64,000 nt of DNA from a virus (Duplodnaviria; Caudoviricetes), in the IMG/VR virus record IMGVR_UViG_3300021255_002056, positions 1 through 64,000 of that record; one strand, given 5' to 3'. The position numbers and the translations under genes were made by a program. Below are positions 1-9,000 of this stretch, in pieces. Under the pieces are notes generated by a model. It was not told the origin of the DNA and made no database searches. It saw only the letters and a program-made list of their open reading frames with translations. How positions within the stretch are numbered: position 1 is the stretch's first letter; every line of letters begins with the position of its first letter.

Positions 1-149
1 TATCTTGCAGAAGGCATAAACTCAGTTAAACTGAATTTTGACAAATCATGTATAATTCCTTGCCAAGGTATTCCACAAGCAGCGCATTCTTTAAAAACTA
101 CTAATTTATGCGTGCATATTGTTTTAAAATGTTTCCATGCTGTTTTCAT
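1..149 (-). CDS. DUF5662-like (HD-like) protein, runs off window edge
   Basis: Manually translated: MKTAWKHFKTICTHKLVVFKECAACGIPWQGIIHDLSKFSLTEF; HK...HDLSK motif typical of DUF5662. Confidence 0.65.
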   Translation of the reverse strand, partial: MKTAWKHFKTICTHKLVVFKECAACGIPWQGIIHDLSKFSLTEFMPSAR

Positions 150-315
150 TCTGTTTCACCAAAATTTCTTTGTAAAATGTTCTTCCGCAGTCTTTGCACC
201 GCCATATACTTCTATATATGTGCCTCGAACTAATATCGTTTATTTCATCGCCATATATATTTCGTACACAATATATGTTTTTATGCTTACAAAATATCCT
301 TTTGAATATATTCAT
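124..315 (-). CDS. small Cys-rich hypothetical protein (CKH...CKDC)
   Basis: ORF track 124..357; RBS-supported start at 315 (GGAGAAACAGAATG). Confidence 0.6.
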   Translation of the reverse strand: MNIFKRIFCKHKNIYCVRNIYGDEINDISSRHIYRSIWRCKDCGRTFYKEILVKQNENSMETF

Positions 316-547
316 TCTGTTTCTCCTGTGATCTTCTGTTCCATGCTTTAACCACATTTTTTATTGCTTCATCCTCAGACTGATATACTGTATCATTCTT
401 CGGATAACTTGGTTGTGCACCACATTTTTTACATCGAATTCTATATTCATAACATCCATGATAGCCATGACTTCCATGCCAAAGTGGTATCTTTTCAAGT
501 TCAACATCCGCTCCACAGAATGGGCATGGTTTTAATTCTTTGTTCAT
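287..547 (-). CDS. Lar-family restriction alleviation-like zinc protein
   Basis: ELKPCPFCG...CKKCGA...AWNRR signature. Confidence 0.75.
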   Translation of the reverse strand: MNKELKPCPFCGADVELEKIPLWHGSHGYHGCYEYRIRCKKCGAQPSYPKNDTVYQSEDEAIKNVVKAWNRRSQEKQNEYIQKDIL

Positions 548-663
548 TCTGTTTCTCCTAAGCTATATTCTCTGATATCAACATAAACTTCACTGTCTTT
601 CTCTATTAGAATATATAAATAGTACTTGCCATTTACGTAAAACAAATTGAATTGATAACTCAT
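544..663 (-). CDS. 39-aa hypothetical protein (not in ORF track)
   Basis: MSYQFNLF...SLGETE*, coupled by the junction motif at both ends. Confidence 0.5.
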   Translation of the reverse strand: MSYQFNLFYVNGKYYLYILIEKDSEVYVDIREYSLGETE

Positions 664-675
664 TCTGTTTCTTCT

Positions 676-912
676 TTAAAGCTCTTCAAGTTCTTTTTCC
701 AGATCAGATTTCATTTTAGTTAAAGCATCTTTTAGAACATCCTGTAATTTTGGTGTTCTCATAATAACACTTCCTAATGCTCGATTAGTGTCGGCAGTAC
801 TATATTCGCCATTAACAATCTCAATGGCCTCATAAATTGACGAAAGCTTATTTGATATTGCTTCATATTCACTGATTTTGGTATACATTTTGTTATACTC
901 TTCTAGTGTCAT
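676..912 (-). CDS. hypothetical protein
   Basis: ORF track; AGGAG RBS. Confidence 0.6.
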   Translation of the reverse strand: MTLEEYNKMYTKISEYEAISNKLSSIYEAIEIVNGEYSTADTNRALGSVIMRTPKLQDVLKDALTKMKSDLEKELEEL

Positions 913-954
913 CTTTTTCTCTCCTTTAATCTTAATTCTGTTTCTCCTTTATTC

Positions 955-1100
955 TCTTCGGGCAAGGATTTGCACCTTACATGATGTGCGCACATCTAGT
1001 ACAGAATTGAACTGTACAGGCTTTCATTTATCCACGCGCTTTGAACGTTGAGTGGATAACCCATTCCCAGATTAGCGTCTACCTATTCCGCCACCGAAGA
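955..1100 (-). ncRNA. tRNA-like RNA with expanded central region
   Basis: Acceptor TCTTCGG/CCGAAGA, Leu-type D arm GGCGGAATAGGTAGACGC, T arm GTAAGG-TGCAAAT-CCTTGC; several hairpins replace the anticodon arm; no encoded CCA. Confidence 0.6.
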
Positions 1101-1103
1101 TAT

Positions 1104-1262
1104 TCATTCTGCTTCTCCTGCATGTGCCTCAATTTTATAAATTGGTCTTGCATCTCTTGGTTTATGCACTATCACATATTCATAATTGTTCCGATATAAA
1201 ATATTGAGAATATTAACTAATTCAGTATCACGGACATCTAAAGTGATTATTTTTTTATTCAT
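1104..1262 (-). CDS. 52-aa hypothetical protein (not in ORF track)
   Basis: MNKKIITLDV...AGEAE*, junction-coupled. Confidence 0.5.
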   Translation of the reverse strand: MNKKIITLDVRDTELVNILNILYRNNYEYVIVHKPRDARPIYKIEAHAGEAE

Positions 1263-1636
1263 TCTGTTTCTCCTACCTTATAAAAAATAAAATCAGATCC
1301 GATAAAATCAGAGCACTTATAAAATCCGTTCATCATTAAACGAACACATCCACTTCCTACTAAACAATCAATCGAAAGGCCTATATTTGGAGTTACAGAC
1401 CAATCATAGGATGGACCATGATTGCCCATGCCATTCGGATGCACAACATCACACCATCCGCCAACAGCACCAACTATATCTCCATGATGGCACAAGATAA
1501 ATTTCATACATCTATAACCGCTATAGTGCAGTTCGTCCATAGGTACAATCACAACGTTATTAAATAAACAATCTCTACCAAACAATTCCATTTCACGAAA
1601 TTCTTCAATGGTATATTCATTTAAGTTTTTTGTCAT
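1259..1636 (-). CDS. hypothetical phage protein (HYSGYRCM motif)
   Basis: ORF track; coupled ATGA overlaps. Confidence 0.65.
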   Translation of the reverse strand: MTKNLNEYTIEEFREMELFGRDCLFNNVVIVPMDELHYSGYRCMKFILCHHGDIVGAVGGWCDVVHPNGMGNHGPSYDWSVTPNIGLSIDCLVGSGCVRLMMNGFYKCSDFIGSDFIFYKVGETE

Positions 1637-1815
1637 TCCGTTTCTCCAATTAACTTATTTAATACGAATAAAAAATCAACCGCCGAAAATCCAATAAGAT
1701 ACAATTTAATAAAACCAGGCCAATCATATACGAATGACGCAAATGACAATATTGGTATACCTAGTATGAATATTGTAACTACAACTGCTCCTATTACCTC
1801 TAATGCTTCTTTCAT
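1633..1815 (-). CDS. two-TM membrane protein
   Basis: Hydrophobic segments; start corrected to MKEAL. Confidence 0.6.
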   Translation of the reverse strand: MKEALEVIGAVVVTIFILGIPILSFASFVYDWPGFIKLYLIGFSAVDFLFVLNKLIGETE

Positions 1816-2030
1816 TCTTTTTCTCCTATTGAAACAACTATTTTGCAACTTCCATATGCAAACCATTCAATAACTTCTCTATTCAAATAAGGCTCTAATG
1901 CTTGTGAATTACTTGGACAATTAAATAATCTATAATTGTCTTCATTTCTTATCTCAATTTCGTGTTCCATTCTTAATGTTTCGATTAAGTGTTTTAACGA
2001 TAGTCTATTTTTTATTCCTGTTGCTTTCAT
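1812..2030 (-). CDS. hypothetical protein
   Basis: ORF track; coupled to neighbours. Confidence 0.55.
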   Translation of the reverse strand: MKATGIKNRLSLKHLIETLRMEHEIEIRNEDNYRLFNCPSNSQALEPYLNREVIEWFAYGSCKIVVSIGEKE

Positions 2031-2031
2031 T

Positions 2032-2256
2032 CTATTTCTCGTCTATTGTTTTAAACTCACCAGAGGTTCCTTTATTTGCTTTTTCTCTTTTTGGTATTGG
2101 TTTTAACGGGCACCATTTTGGCCTTTTTACCGTTGAAATATCATCAAACTCATTTAAAGTCATTTCATGCCCATTTAATTGGCAATAATGTGAATAGTCA
2201 AAATACTTACAATCAATACATCTTTTAGGCATATCGATTATCGCTATGGTTTTCAT
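2032..2256 (-). CDS. Cys-rich phage protein (MP..C.DC...RPKWCPL)
   Basis: Recurrent phage motif. Confidence 0.65.
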   Translation of the reverse strand: MKTIAIIDMPKRCIDCKYFDYSHYCQLNGHEMTLNEFDDISTVKRPKWCPLKPIPKREKANKGTSGEFKTIDEK

Positions 2257-2436
2257 TTATTCTTCTATAAGAACATATTTAGTTCCTAAATCATTGCAAT
2301 CAAGATGCACAGAGTTTGCTATTTTAAGCCCATACTCTCCAATAATTTCATCACATGCAAGTTCTCCAGCGTACACTACAACTGGAAGATTTTTATCAAG
2401 CTTTTCAAGCTTTGCAATCAGTTCACCGACTGTCAT
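2257..2436 (-). CDS. MTVxELI-family small protein (not in ORF track)
   Basis: MTVGELIAKLEKLDKNLPVVV..., GGAGAG RBS. Confidence 0.6.
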   Translation of the reverse strand: MTVGELIAKLEKLDKNLPVVVYAGELACDEIIGEYGLKIANSVHLDCNDLGTKYVLIEE

Positions 2437-2520
2437 TTTCTGCTCTCCTTATATTTTTTACTTTATTAAAATATCTTTAAAAACTGTAACCTGTTTACCG
2501 AAAAGAAAAAGAGTAGACGC

Positions 2521-3468
2521 TTATTTGCGCCTACCCTTTAACTGTTCTCTGAACATGACTGTGGTTTTATCTCTCTGGTGATAGTTATACAATGCCTCAA
2601 GATACTGAATGGCTTGATCTTTTGTAGCTGATGGTGGAAGAAGCATCCTACCATGTTTATCAAGCTTATCAATCATTCTCTGAGGATCAATAACATCATT
2701 CAATAAGAGATCAACCAGAATCTTCTTATAGCTTGACATAGTTTTTATGCCAATCAACTTCAAAGATTCGTTCATGATTGTGAGAGATTTTAAGACCTCT
2801 CTGGCCTTGTAATACTGCTCATCGTTAATATGGATGTAACCTTTCTTAAGGTTATTCTGAGTGTGTTTACCAACTACAACGTCCAGAATATCAGACAAGC
2901 TTACTTTCGGAAATTCGTCCTGTAAATTCTTCAAACGCTTGTAGTTGAAATTGCCGTCCTCAGAGTATGCCTTAATGTAATCGGATCCCTTCCAGCCTTT
3001 CTTCATGGAGTTCTTAGTTGCCACATCATAGATGGACATCTTTTTAACGACCATAAATTTGACCGGAGTATTTGACTTTTTGCAAGCCATAAAACGATGC
3101 TGACCATCCTCGATCTGAAATTTCTTATCGTCAGTCAAAGAAACTTCGATAGGAGCACCCTGCCATCCATTGACTTTCATATTCTCAGCAATCTTATTGA
3201 TGTGCTGAATATCAACGTCTCTGTTGGCTGTTCTGAAAACAAAATCGTCATAGTTACTGCTAGTGTAGATGTAATTTTCTTTCATACCTGTACCCTCCTT
3301 TACATCATTGATAGTGATTCCTAAATAGTCCAAATAATCTAAAAAGTCGTCCTCGTTTTTATACTCTTTAGATTCACCGCATTTAGTTACATATGCGTTA
3401 ACAAACTCTCCTTTGTTGTATACCGCAGAAATATCACCATGACGAATCGCTAAATAATAAGATTGCAT
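2521..3468 (-). CDS. ParB/Srx-like N-terminal domain protein (likely internal start at 3285)
   Basis: NRDVD...I..NM..NGW...PI.V...IEDGQHRF; strong RBS AAGGAGG before MKENY. Confidence 0.7.
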   Translation of the reverse strand: MQSYYLAIRHGDISAVYNKGEFVNAYVTKCGESKEYKNEDDFLDYLDYLGITINDVKEGTGMKENYIYTSSNYDDFVFRTANRDVDIQHINKIAENMKVNGWQGAPIEVSLTDDKKFQIEDGQHRFMACKKSNTPVKFMVVKKMSIYDVATKNSMKKGWKGSDYIKAYSEDGNFNYKRLKNLQDEFPKVSLSDILDVVVGKHTQNNLKKGYIHINDEQYYKAREVLKSLTIMNESLKLIGIKTMSSYKKILVDLLLNDVIDPQRMIDKLDKHGRMLLPPSATKDQAIQYLEALYNYHQRDKTTVMFREQLKGRRK

Positions 3469-3668
3469 TCTACTCTCCTTTGCAAAGAAAAAAAATAAAA
3501 GGAGTTTAATCCTCCTCGACTACATAATATTCTTCTTCGTGAATAATGTATTCGTGAAAATAAGCTCCAATTATTGTTCCGATACCGATACCGGCAATTA
3601 ATGCTACTAAAATATAAATCATAAATTTACCATACCTTTCTCATTATAGGGTCTGGAATTTTCGCGAA

Positions 3669-3893
3669 TTACTTTGTTTCCTTAACCTGTACGATCAAAT
3701 ACCGTTTTTTGTGTAATTCATCCAACGGACATAAAACAACAAAATTGTATTGATCTTTCTCTGGATCTGCAGTGCTAATACCAAGAATGGCGTCAATATT
3801 CCTATATGTCAGAATATTTGCTCCAATAATTCCTACAATTAGTCCAATTGCAACAGAGAAAAATATAATTAAATGAATAGCATCCATGATCAA
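3669..3893 (-). CDS. single-TM membrane protein
   Basis: N-terminal hydrophobic helix. Confidence 0.6.
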   Translation of the reverse strand: MIMDAIHLIIFFSVAIGLIVGIIGANILTYRNIDAILGISTADPEKDQYNFVVLCPLDELHKKRYLIVQVKETK

Positions 3894-4309
3894 TAACTCC
3901 TTATAACCTCGTATTCGGTTATCTTAATAGAATCCTTAGGATTTACAGCTGCCGGTATTTTACAGACTGCTCTAAGAATATCTCCGTCATAGTAATTAAA
4001 TGCAGAATAATAAGCTTCTACATCACTATAAATATCAGTGGGAAGTGAATAGTCTGGTACAGCATAATTCTTACCATCAAACGTACCAGGAAGGTAAGTC
4101 GGTTCTCTATACCTAGTTTTTAAATAGAACTTTTCTTCATCAAAACCAACTATTTCTCTTGATTCTTCAAATATCAATCCATAGCAATTGGTCTTGATTG
4201 CCTCGATAGGAGTTTTAACAAGTCTCAAACCCCAAATCTTACCTTTTGCAATGTCGTATTTTAATTGTTCTTGAATTTCTTTTTTCATTTCACTTATTAC
4301 TTCTTTCAT
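3890..4309 (-). CDS. hypothetical protein
   Basis: ORF track; GAGGAG RBS. Confidence 0.6.
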   Translation of the reverse strand: MKEVISEMKKEIQEQLKYDIAKGKIWGLRLVKTPIEAIKTNCYGLIFEESREIVGFDEEKFYLKTRYREPTYLPGTFDGKNYAVPDYSLPTDIYSDVEAYYSAFNYYDGDILRAVCKIPAAVNPKDSIKITEYEVIRSY

Positions 4310-4534
4310 TATTGCTCCTCGATTTCTAATAAAAAATAAAGGAGAAGAGCCTATGATAGACTCTCTCCTTAGCTGCGGTTTGAGAATAGAGAGGTATGCT
4401 CCGCAGGCTAACCAATGGCACCTCCTTTTGTTCTTTTATCTATATAAAAGGCTCGTGCCTGAATTAGCTGTTTTGTAAACCTCAATTTAATATAAACCAC
4501 CTCCTCATTATAGGCGTTGAAAATTACGCGAATC

Positions 4535-4879
4535 TTAAATTCTCTTAGACATTTCGATAATCAGATCACGTTTATAAGCTGAGAACATATCGCAATGTGC
4601 AGCAGAGATAACACCCTTATAAAAAGATGAGATACATCCGATCGGAAGATGAGAAATTGCTTCTTTCTTGTGCGAAGAAAACATATCACTGTTACTGATG
4701 GCTGTTACAGCGTCTCCGTATCCAGGAGCGTATTCATCATCGAGAATATCATCATCTTCGTCATCGATAAAGAAATCGTCCATAGTTGGTTCTTCTCTGT
4801 ATGCTCCGAGTTTTTCCATAAGTTTTGCATCAAGCAGCAACAAAATTCCCAATCCAAAAATCTTCATTAAATTCTTCAT
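4535..4879 (-). CDS. hypothetical protein, hydrophobic N-terminus and acidic linker
   Basis: ORF track; AGGAGG RBS. Confidence 0.6.
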   Translation of the reverse strand: MKNLMKIFGLGILLLLDAKLMEKLGAYREEPTMDDFFIDDEDDDILDDEYAPGYGDAVTAISNSDMFSSHKKEAISHLPIGCISSFYKGVISAAHCDMFSAYKRDLIIEMSKRI

Positions 4880-5081
4880 TTTTGTCCTCCTTAAATTTAA
4901 TTTGAAGAAAAAAAAGAGTCGTTATGAATGACTCCTTTCAAGTCCGTTCATACCAACCCATAAAATTAAACAAATAATTAATGTGAATACTGTTTTAATC
5001 ATGATTTTTCCTCCCTATTATTTATTCTCTTTCTCATTAGAGAGCATGAAAATTACGCGAGAGGAAAAAATAAAAAGAGTC

Positions 5082-5276
5082 TTATTTAGACTCTTTATCG
5101 GATGATCTTAATCCTAATTTACTCAACTCTGACCCGATCGATCCAGCAGTGTATTCACTACCAGCTTTGAATGCTTTGTTCAACAACCAAGTTGCTCCAA
5201 AGCTTCCAATAGCCAAGTATGCTAACTGCTTTACAATACCTTTCCTAGCCATTTTGTCGAATTCATTATTTTCCAT
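5082..5276 (-). CDS. small single-TM cassette protein
   Basis: Flanked by junction motifs; ends ESK*. Confidence 0.6.
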   Translation of the reverse strand: MENNEFDKMARKGIVKQLAYLAIGSFGATWLLNKAFKAGSEYTAGSIGSELSKLGLRSSDKESK

Positions 5277-5327
5277 AATAATACCTCCATTAAAGGATCG
5301 GAAATTTTCGCGAAGAATAAAAGAGCA

Positions 5328-5600
5328 TTATTCAGCTCTTTTAATACCCAAGTATAGAATTCCTGCTAAAACCAATGATACTGGCCAAGAAATGCATATT
5401 ATCATATACACCATTTCGAATATTAACATCAATCCGAATTTCGTTATTTTGATGCTATCTTTTACGCTTTCTGCAAAGCTGCCAAAGATTATTTCATCAA
5501 CATCAACGCCATCCACAAAGATCATTAATGCCAAAATAGCAAGATACGATATAATTGCAATAGCCCAATAAATTATTTTTAACATATCTATTACCTCCAT
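5328..5600 (-). CDS. multi-TM membrane protein
   Basis: Three hydrophobic segments; junction-flanked. Confidence 0.6.
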   Translation of the reverse strand: MEVIDMLKIIYWAIAIISYLAILALMIFVDGVDVDEIIFGSFAESVKDSIKITKFGLMLIFEMVYMIICISWPVSLVLAGILYLGIKRAE

Positions 5601-5626
5601 AAAAGACGGTGAAAAATAAAAGAGTC

Positions 5627-5778
5627 TTATTCAGACTCTTCATCACCGTTAAGCATGTGAACGTACTCAGTTAAAACTTTAATTGCATAGTCAACGCTGA
5701 TTTTCATTGCTAACCAATAGCCTCCAATAGCGCAAGCTGTTACGATCAAAGATTTAAAAATAAACATTATCATTTAAC
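5627..5778 (-). CDS. about 50-aa single-TM cassette protein (approximate bounds, not in ORF track)
   Basis: MLNDNVLFKSLIVTACAIGGYWLAM...EESE*. Confidence 0.45.
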
Positions 5779-5832
5779 ATACCCTCCTTGTCATAATAGA
5801 GGTAGAAAAATTCGCGAAAAAGAAAAGACTGG

Positions 5833-6030
5833 TTAGTCTTTATCAAAGACCATAACCATCTTTTCTTCGATGACTTCAATGGCGTCATCCATCCTTTCGT
5901 CTAAGTAATCTAATGCTTTTATAGACTCTTCTTCTATTTCCGGCCAATCATAAGCCACGATCTTTCCTAAACCGATCATGCTAATAACACTAACCGTAAA
6001 CAGTAAAACTAAACCTATAAATTTCTTCAT
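5833..6030 (-). CDS. small protein with N-terminal TM/signal segment
   Basis: MKKFIGLVLLFTVSVISMIGLG. Confidence 0.6.
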   Translation of the reverse strand: MKKFIGLVLLFTVSVISMIGLGKIVAYDWPEIEEESIKALDYLDERMDDAIEVIEEKMVMVFDKD

Positions 6031-6099
6031 TTTTCTCTACTCTCCTCACTATAGAGTATGAAAAATACGCGAAAAGAAAATATAAAAGAAAAAGAGTAG

Positions 6100-6291
6100 C
6101 TAAGACCTGCTACCCCATTCTATTTTGGATCGTTTTACAAATATCAATGTAATAATAACCGATACCACAAACATAATTATGTATAATACATTGCTTGGGT
6201 CATGTCCTAATAAGTCTATTGACGTAAGTAATGACACCTCAATGCATATACCAATAAATGCTGTGTGCAAAATATCTAATAAATTATTCAT
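6100..6291 (-). CDS. two-TM small membrane protein
   Basis: Hydrophobic; junction-flanked. Confidence 0.55.
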   Translation of the reverse strand: MNNLLDILHTAFIGICIEVSLLTSIDLLGHDPSNVLYIIMFVVSVIITLIFVKRSKIEWGSRS

Positions 6292-6358
6292 AATATAAGC
6301 CTCTCCTTTCCATAAAAGAAGAAGAAAAAAGAAAGAGTCCGAAGACCCTTAATAATCA

Positions 6359-6790
6359 TTACTCATTCATGAAGTAATGGTCTGCTAAAACTTCAGCTGA
6401 TTCATAAATAACCTTATTTCCATCAAACCAGAAATCAAATACATCGTCAGCTTCCTCGCCTTCGAACCCACTAGTCCATTCGTCGAGTGTAAACTCACGA
6501 GATTTCATCTCTAATTTATGGTCATTATGGCTAATTACAACATCAACCTTGTACATACCATTACGCCATTCAACTTCGTAATTCATATCAATACCATCGT
6601 ACTCATAATCTTCTTGAGAATCTTTTAAAGATTCAACAATTTCATAAAATACATCACAATCTTCGTTTGTAAACTTTTTAATAACTTCTTCCTCTGCTGG
6701 TTCTGTATCAGCCTCTACTGATTCGAACTGGCATCCAGTTAAATTTACTAAAACTAACAAAACAGTTAAAATTGAGAAAATTTTCTTCAT
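6359..6790 (-). CDS. lipoprotein (acidic)
   Basis: MKKIF...LVNLTGC lipobox. Confidence 0.7.
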   Translation of the reverse strand: MKKIFSILTVLLVLVNLTGCQFESVEADTEPAEEEVIKKFTNEDCDVFYEIVESLKDSQEDYEYDGIDMNYEVEWRNGMYKVDVVISHNDHKLEMKSREFTLDEWTSGFEGEEADDVFDFWFDGNKVIYESAEVLADHYFMNE

Positions 6791-6851
6791 TGTTCATACC
6801 CTCCTTTTTCTCATAAGAGAGGTCGAAATATCCGCGAAAAACAAAAGAGTC

Positions 6852-7064
6852 TTATTCAGACTCATTTGTTGAACCACTTGACACAGTAGATTCGCTTGAT
6901 CCGTAGTAGTTAGTGACGTGTGTTTCTTTTCCATCCCACTTGATTGCCTTAATAATTGCTGCAGGCGCCTCAATGAGAGACGTCACAGTAAAGAAAGTCA
7001 TCCAAGGATGTTCCTTAATAAATTCACCAACTCTTTCAGATAATGTTTTTCTTTCTTCTGCCAT
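6852..7064 (-). CDS. small cassette protein
   Basis: GGAGG RBS; ends ESE* in hairpin. Confidence 0.6.
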   Translation of the reverse strand: MAEERKTLSERVGEFIKEHPWMTFFTVTSLIEAPAAIIKAIKWDGKETHVTNYYGSSESTVSSGSTNESE

Positions 7065-7135
7065 AGTAATTTACCTCCATAATAGTCGTTGAAAAAATAA
7101 AGAGGACCTGTTTGATCCTTCTTTATTGGTGATAA

Positions 7136-7312
7136 CTATTTGCTGAATTTTCTTTTCAAAGCAGACCACTTATCTTTAAACCAGGTGTGAGCTGTTTTAA
7201 TACCTTGCCCATTGTTGACTGTACAGTCAAGCATTGCACCAAGGGATACGATCTCAACACCAAGTTTAACCCATTGTCTTACTTCTCTAGATCTTTCAAT
7301 GTTCTTAGCCAT
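7136..7312 (-). CDS. small cassette protein
   Basis: Start corrected to MAKNIE after GAGGAGG. Confidence 0.55.
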   Translation of the reverse strand: MAKNIERSREVRQWVKLGVEIVSLGAMLDCTVNNGQGIKTAHTWFKDKWSALKRKFSK

Positions 7313-7365
7313 AGTTAAATCCTCCTCGTAATAGAAGCTGAAAAACAAAAGAGCTTGTTAGGCTC

Positions 7366-7566
7366 TTATTCAAGAATATAAACATTTCCAGGAAGTTCTA
7401 TCTTCGCAGATCTGTCCATTTTATGCTTTCTCTTATATTGAAACATAAGATTAGCCTTTGCTCTGGATTCAGATTCTGCTTGAGTACCTCCCTTCCACAA
7501 ATCGTCTATAACTTTCCCAAATTGAGTAACTGCTCCTTCATAACGATAAAGTTTTCTTTCGTTCAT
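7366..7566 (-). CDS. hypothetical phage protein
   Basis: ORF track; GGAGG RBS. Confidence 0.65.
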   Translation of the reverse strand: MNERKLYRYEGAVTQFGKVIDDLWKGGTQAESESRAKANLMFQYKRKHKMDRSAKIELPGNVYILE

Positions 7567-7831
7567 AAACTTTACCTCCTTTTCATAAAAGAGGCAGAAA
7601 AAGAAAAGAGCTTGTTAGGCTCTTAATCAGACATAGATTTCATGATTTCTTTGTGACAAGAATTTATTTCGTTAAACACATATTTCCTAAGTTCGTCAAT
7701 ATCCATATCCGTACTAGGTTTAATTTGTGTAAAACCTTTTTGTTTCTTTTCCTCAAATATATCAGTGATCTCCTCACGTCTTTTAATTCTAAACATAATT
7801 CTTTTCTCCTTCTCATAATAGAGTCAGAAAA

Positions 7832-8248
7832 TTATACGAACTTCTTTTGCTGCCTATCCAGAATATAAAAGAATTTACGATACATCTGATAAAACATATC
7901 TCTTCCACATGGAACACCATCATGCATTCTGAAGTACGAATAAGTCAGGCCTTTAGTCACAGCCTTGAAAATATAAACTCCAATAACCGGATCTGTAGCT
8001 AGAGCGCACTTTTCGATCATGTCCATCTTTTCCAAATATCTTTGACGTACAGCTAAGCTTTCGTCGTCTTGCAAATGGCTATTAGAACTTACACGAATCA
8101 CCCCACCGGGAATTTTTTCACATAACGATTCGTAAATCTTCTTGAATTCCGGGTATTGCAAACAGAAATGCTTAAGCTCATAGTAACGATGTTTTGAAAT
8201 ATAATACTGGTTTTTCTTTGATACTTCAGATCTAATTACTGTTCCCAT
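7832..8248 (-). CDS. putative transcriptional regulator (RinA/ArpU-like helical protein)
   Basis: YYELKHFCLQYP...KAVTKGLTY...YRKFFYIL; family assignment tentative. Confidence 0.45.
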   Translation of the reverse strand: MGTVIRSEVSKKNQYYISKHRYYELKHFCLQYPEFKKIYESLCEKIPGGVIRVSSNSHLQDDESLAVRQRYLEKMDMIEKCALATDPVIGVYIFKAVTKGLTYSYFRMHDGVPCGRDMFYQMYRKFFYILDRQQKKFV

Positions 8249-8504
8249 CGTACATATACCCCGTTTCTTCATATAATCTTTTCGGTGAAATATAATAATT
8301 GATCCTACCTTTCTTAGATCCCATCTGGCTTACGTTAGTAATACGTTCGCCGTTCCTTGTAGCAAATCCAATTGGCAGCCATCCGGATATCAATCCGGCT
8401 CGTATCCAGTTCTGGTCTTTCTTATAGACTTTTGCTGCGATTTTAACTGGCACGCTTTTTTCGCAAAAAATAATAGGACTTGTTACAAATTTGTTCGAAT
8501 TCAT
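8232..8504 (-). CDS. putative winged-helix DNA-binding protein (excisionase/Cro-like)
   Basis: VPVKIAAKVYKKDQNWIRAGL...YYISPKRLYEETG. Confidence 0.5.
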   Translation of the reverse strand: MNSNKFVTSPIIFCEKSVPVKIAAKVYKKDQNWIRAGLISGWLPIGFATRNGERITNVSQMGSKKGRINYYISPKRLYEETGYMYDGNSN

Positions 8505-8752
8505 ATGCTTTTACCTCCGATGTACCAATAGTAAAAAGAAAAGAGGTAACCTACATACTGAAAATATAAGTCTTAAGCGAAGACCATGTATTTTGAAAGA
8601 GGTATGAATAATGATTGAGGACAAAACAAATCATGAAAGGATTGGGTAATGGCCTCCGCTTAAGACTGGCAACGTGGCCTGGGTATTGGCCAACGACAAG
8701 CAGTTTAATAAATATCTATATACGCAAAAGAAAAAGAGACTTTAATAAGTCT

Positions 8753-8926
8753 CTAACATGTACCAAAAGTAGCCATGATTTTCTTTAAATAGTTACGATC
8801 TCTGCCCAGAACTAAGCAAATTGTTTCATCATCGAAACCTTCTTTTCTTAAATCCCGAGCTGTGTAATAATCAGCTAACAATTTCTGTCCAAGTCTGACT
8901 CTTTTAGTTTCTTTAGTGTTTTTCAT
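8753..8926 (-). CDS. small HTH-like protein (approximate bounds, not in ORF track)
   Basis: MKNTKETKRVR...ARDLRKEGFDDETICLVLGRDRNYL. Confidence 0.4.
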   Translation of the reverse strand: MKNTKETKRVRLGQKLLADYYTARDLRKEGFDDETICLVLGRDRNYLKKIMATFGTC

Positions 8927-9000
8927 TATATAAACCTCTCCTTTTCATAATAGGAGATGAAAATTACGCGAAATAAATTCAAGTAAAAATAAAAAGAGTC

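Noticed and set aside
1028-1059. DnaA-box-like TTATCCAC pair as a replication origin
   Set aside because: Only two copies, which form a stem inside the tRNA-like element; no iteron array or replication gene nearby.
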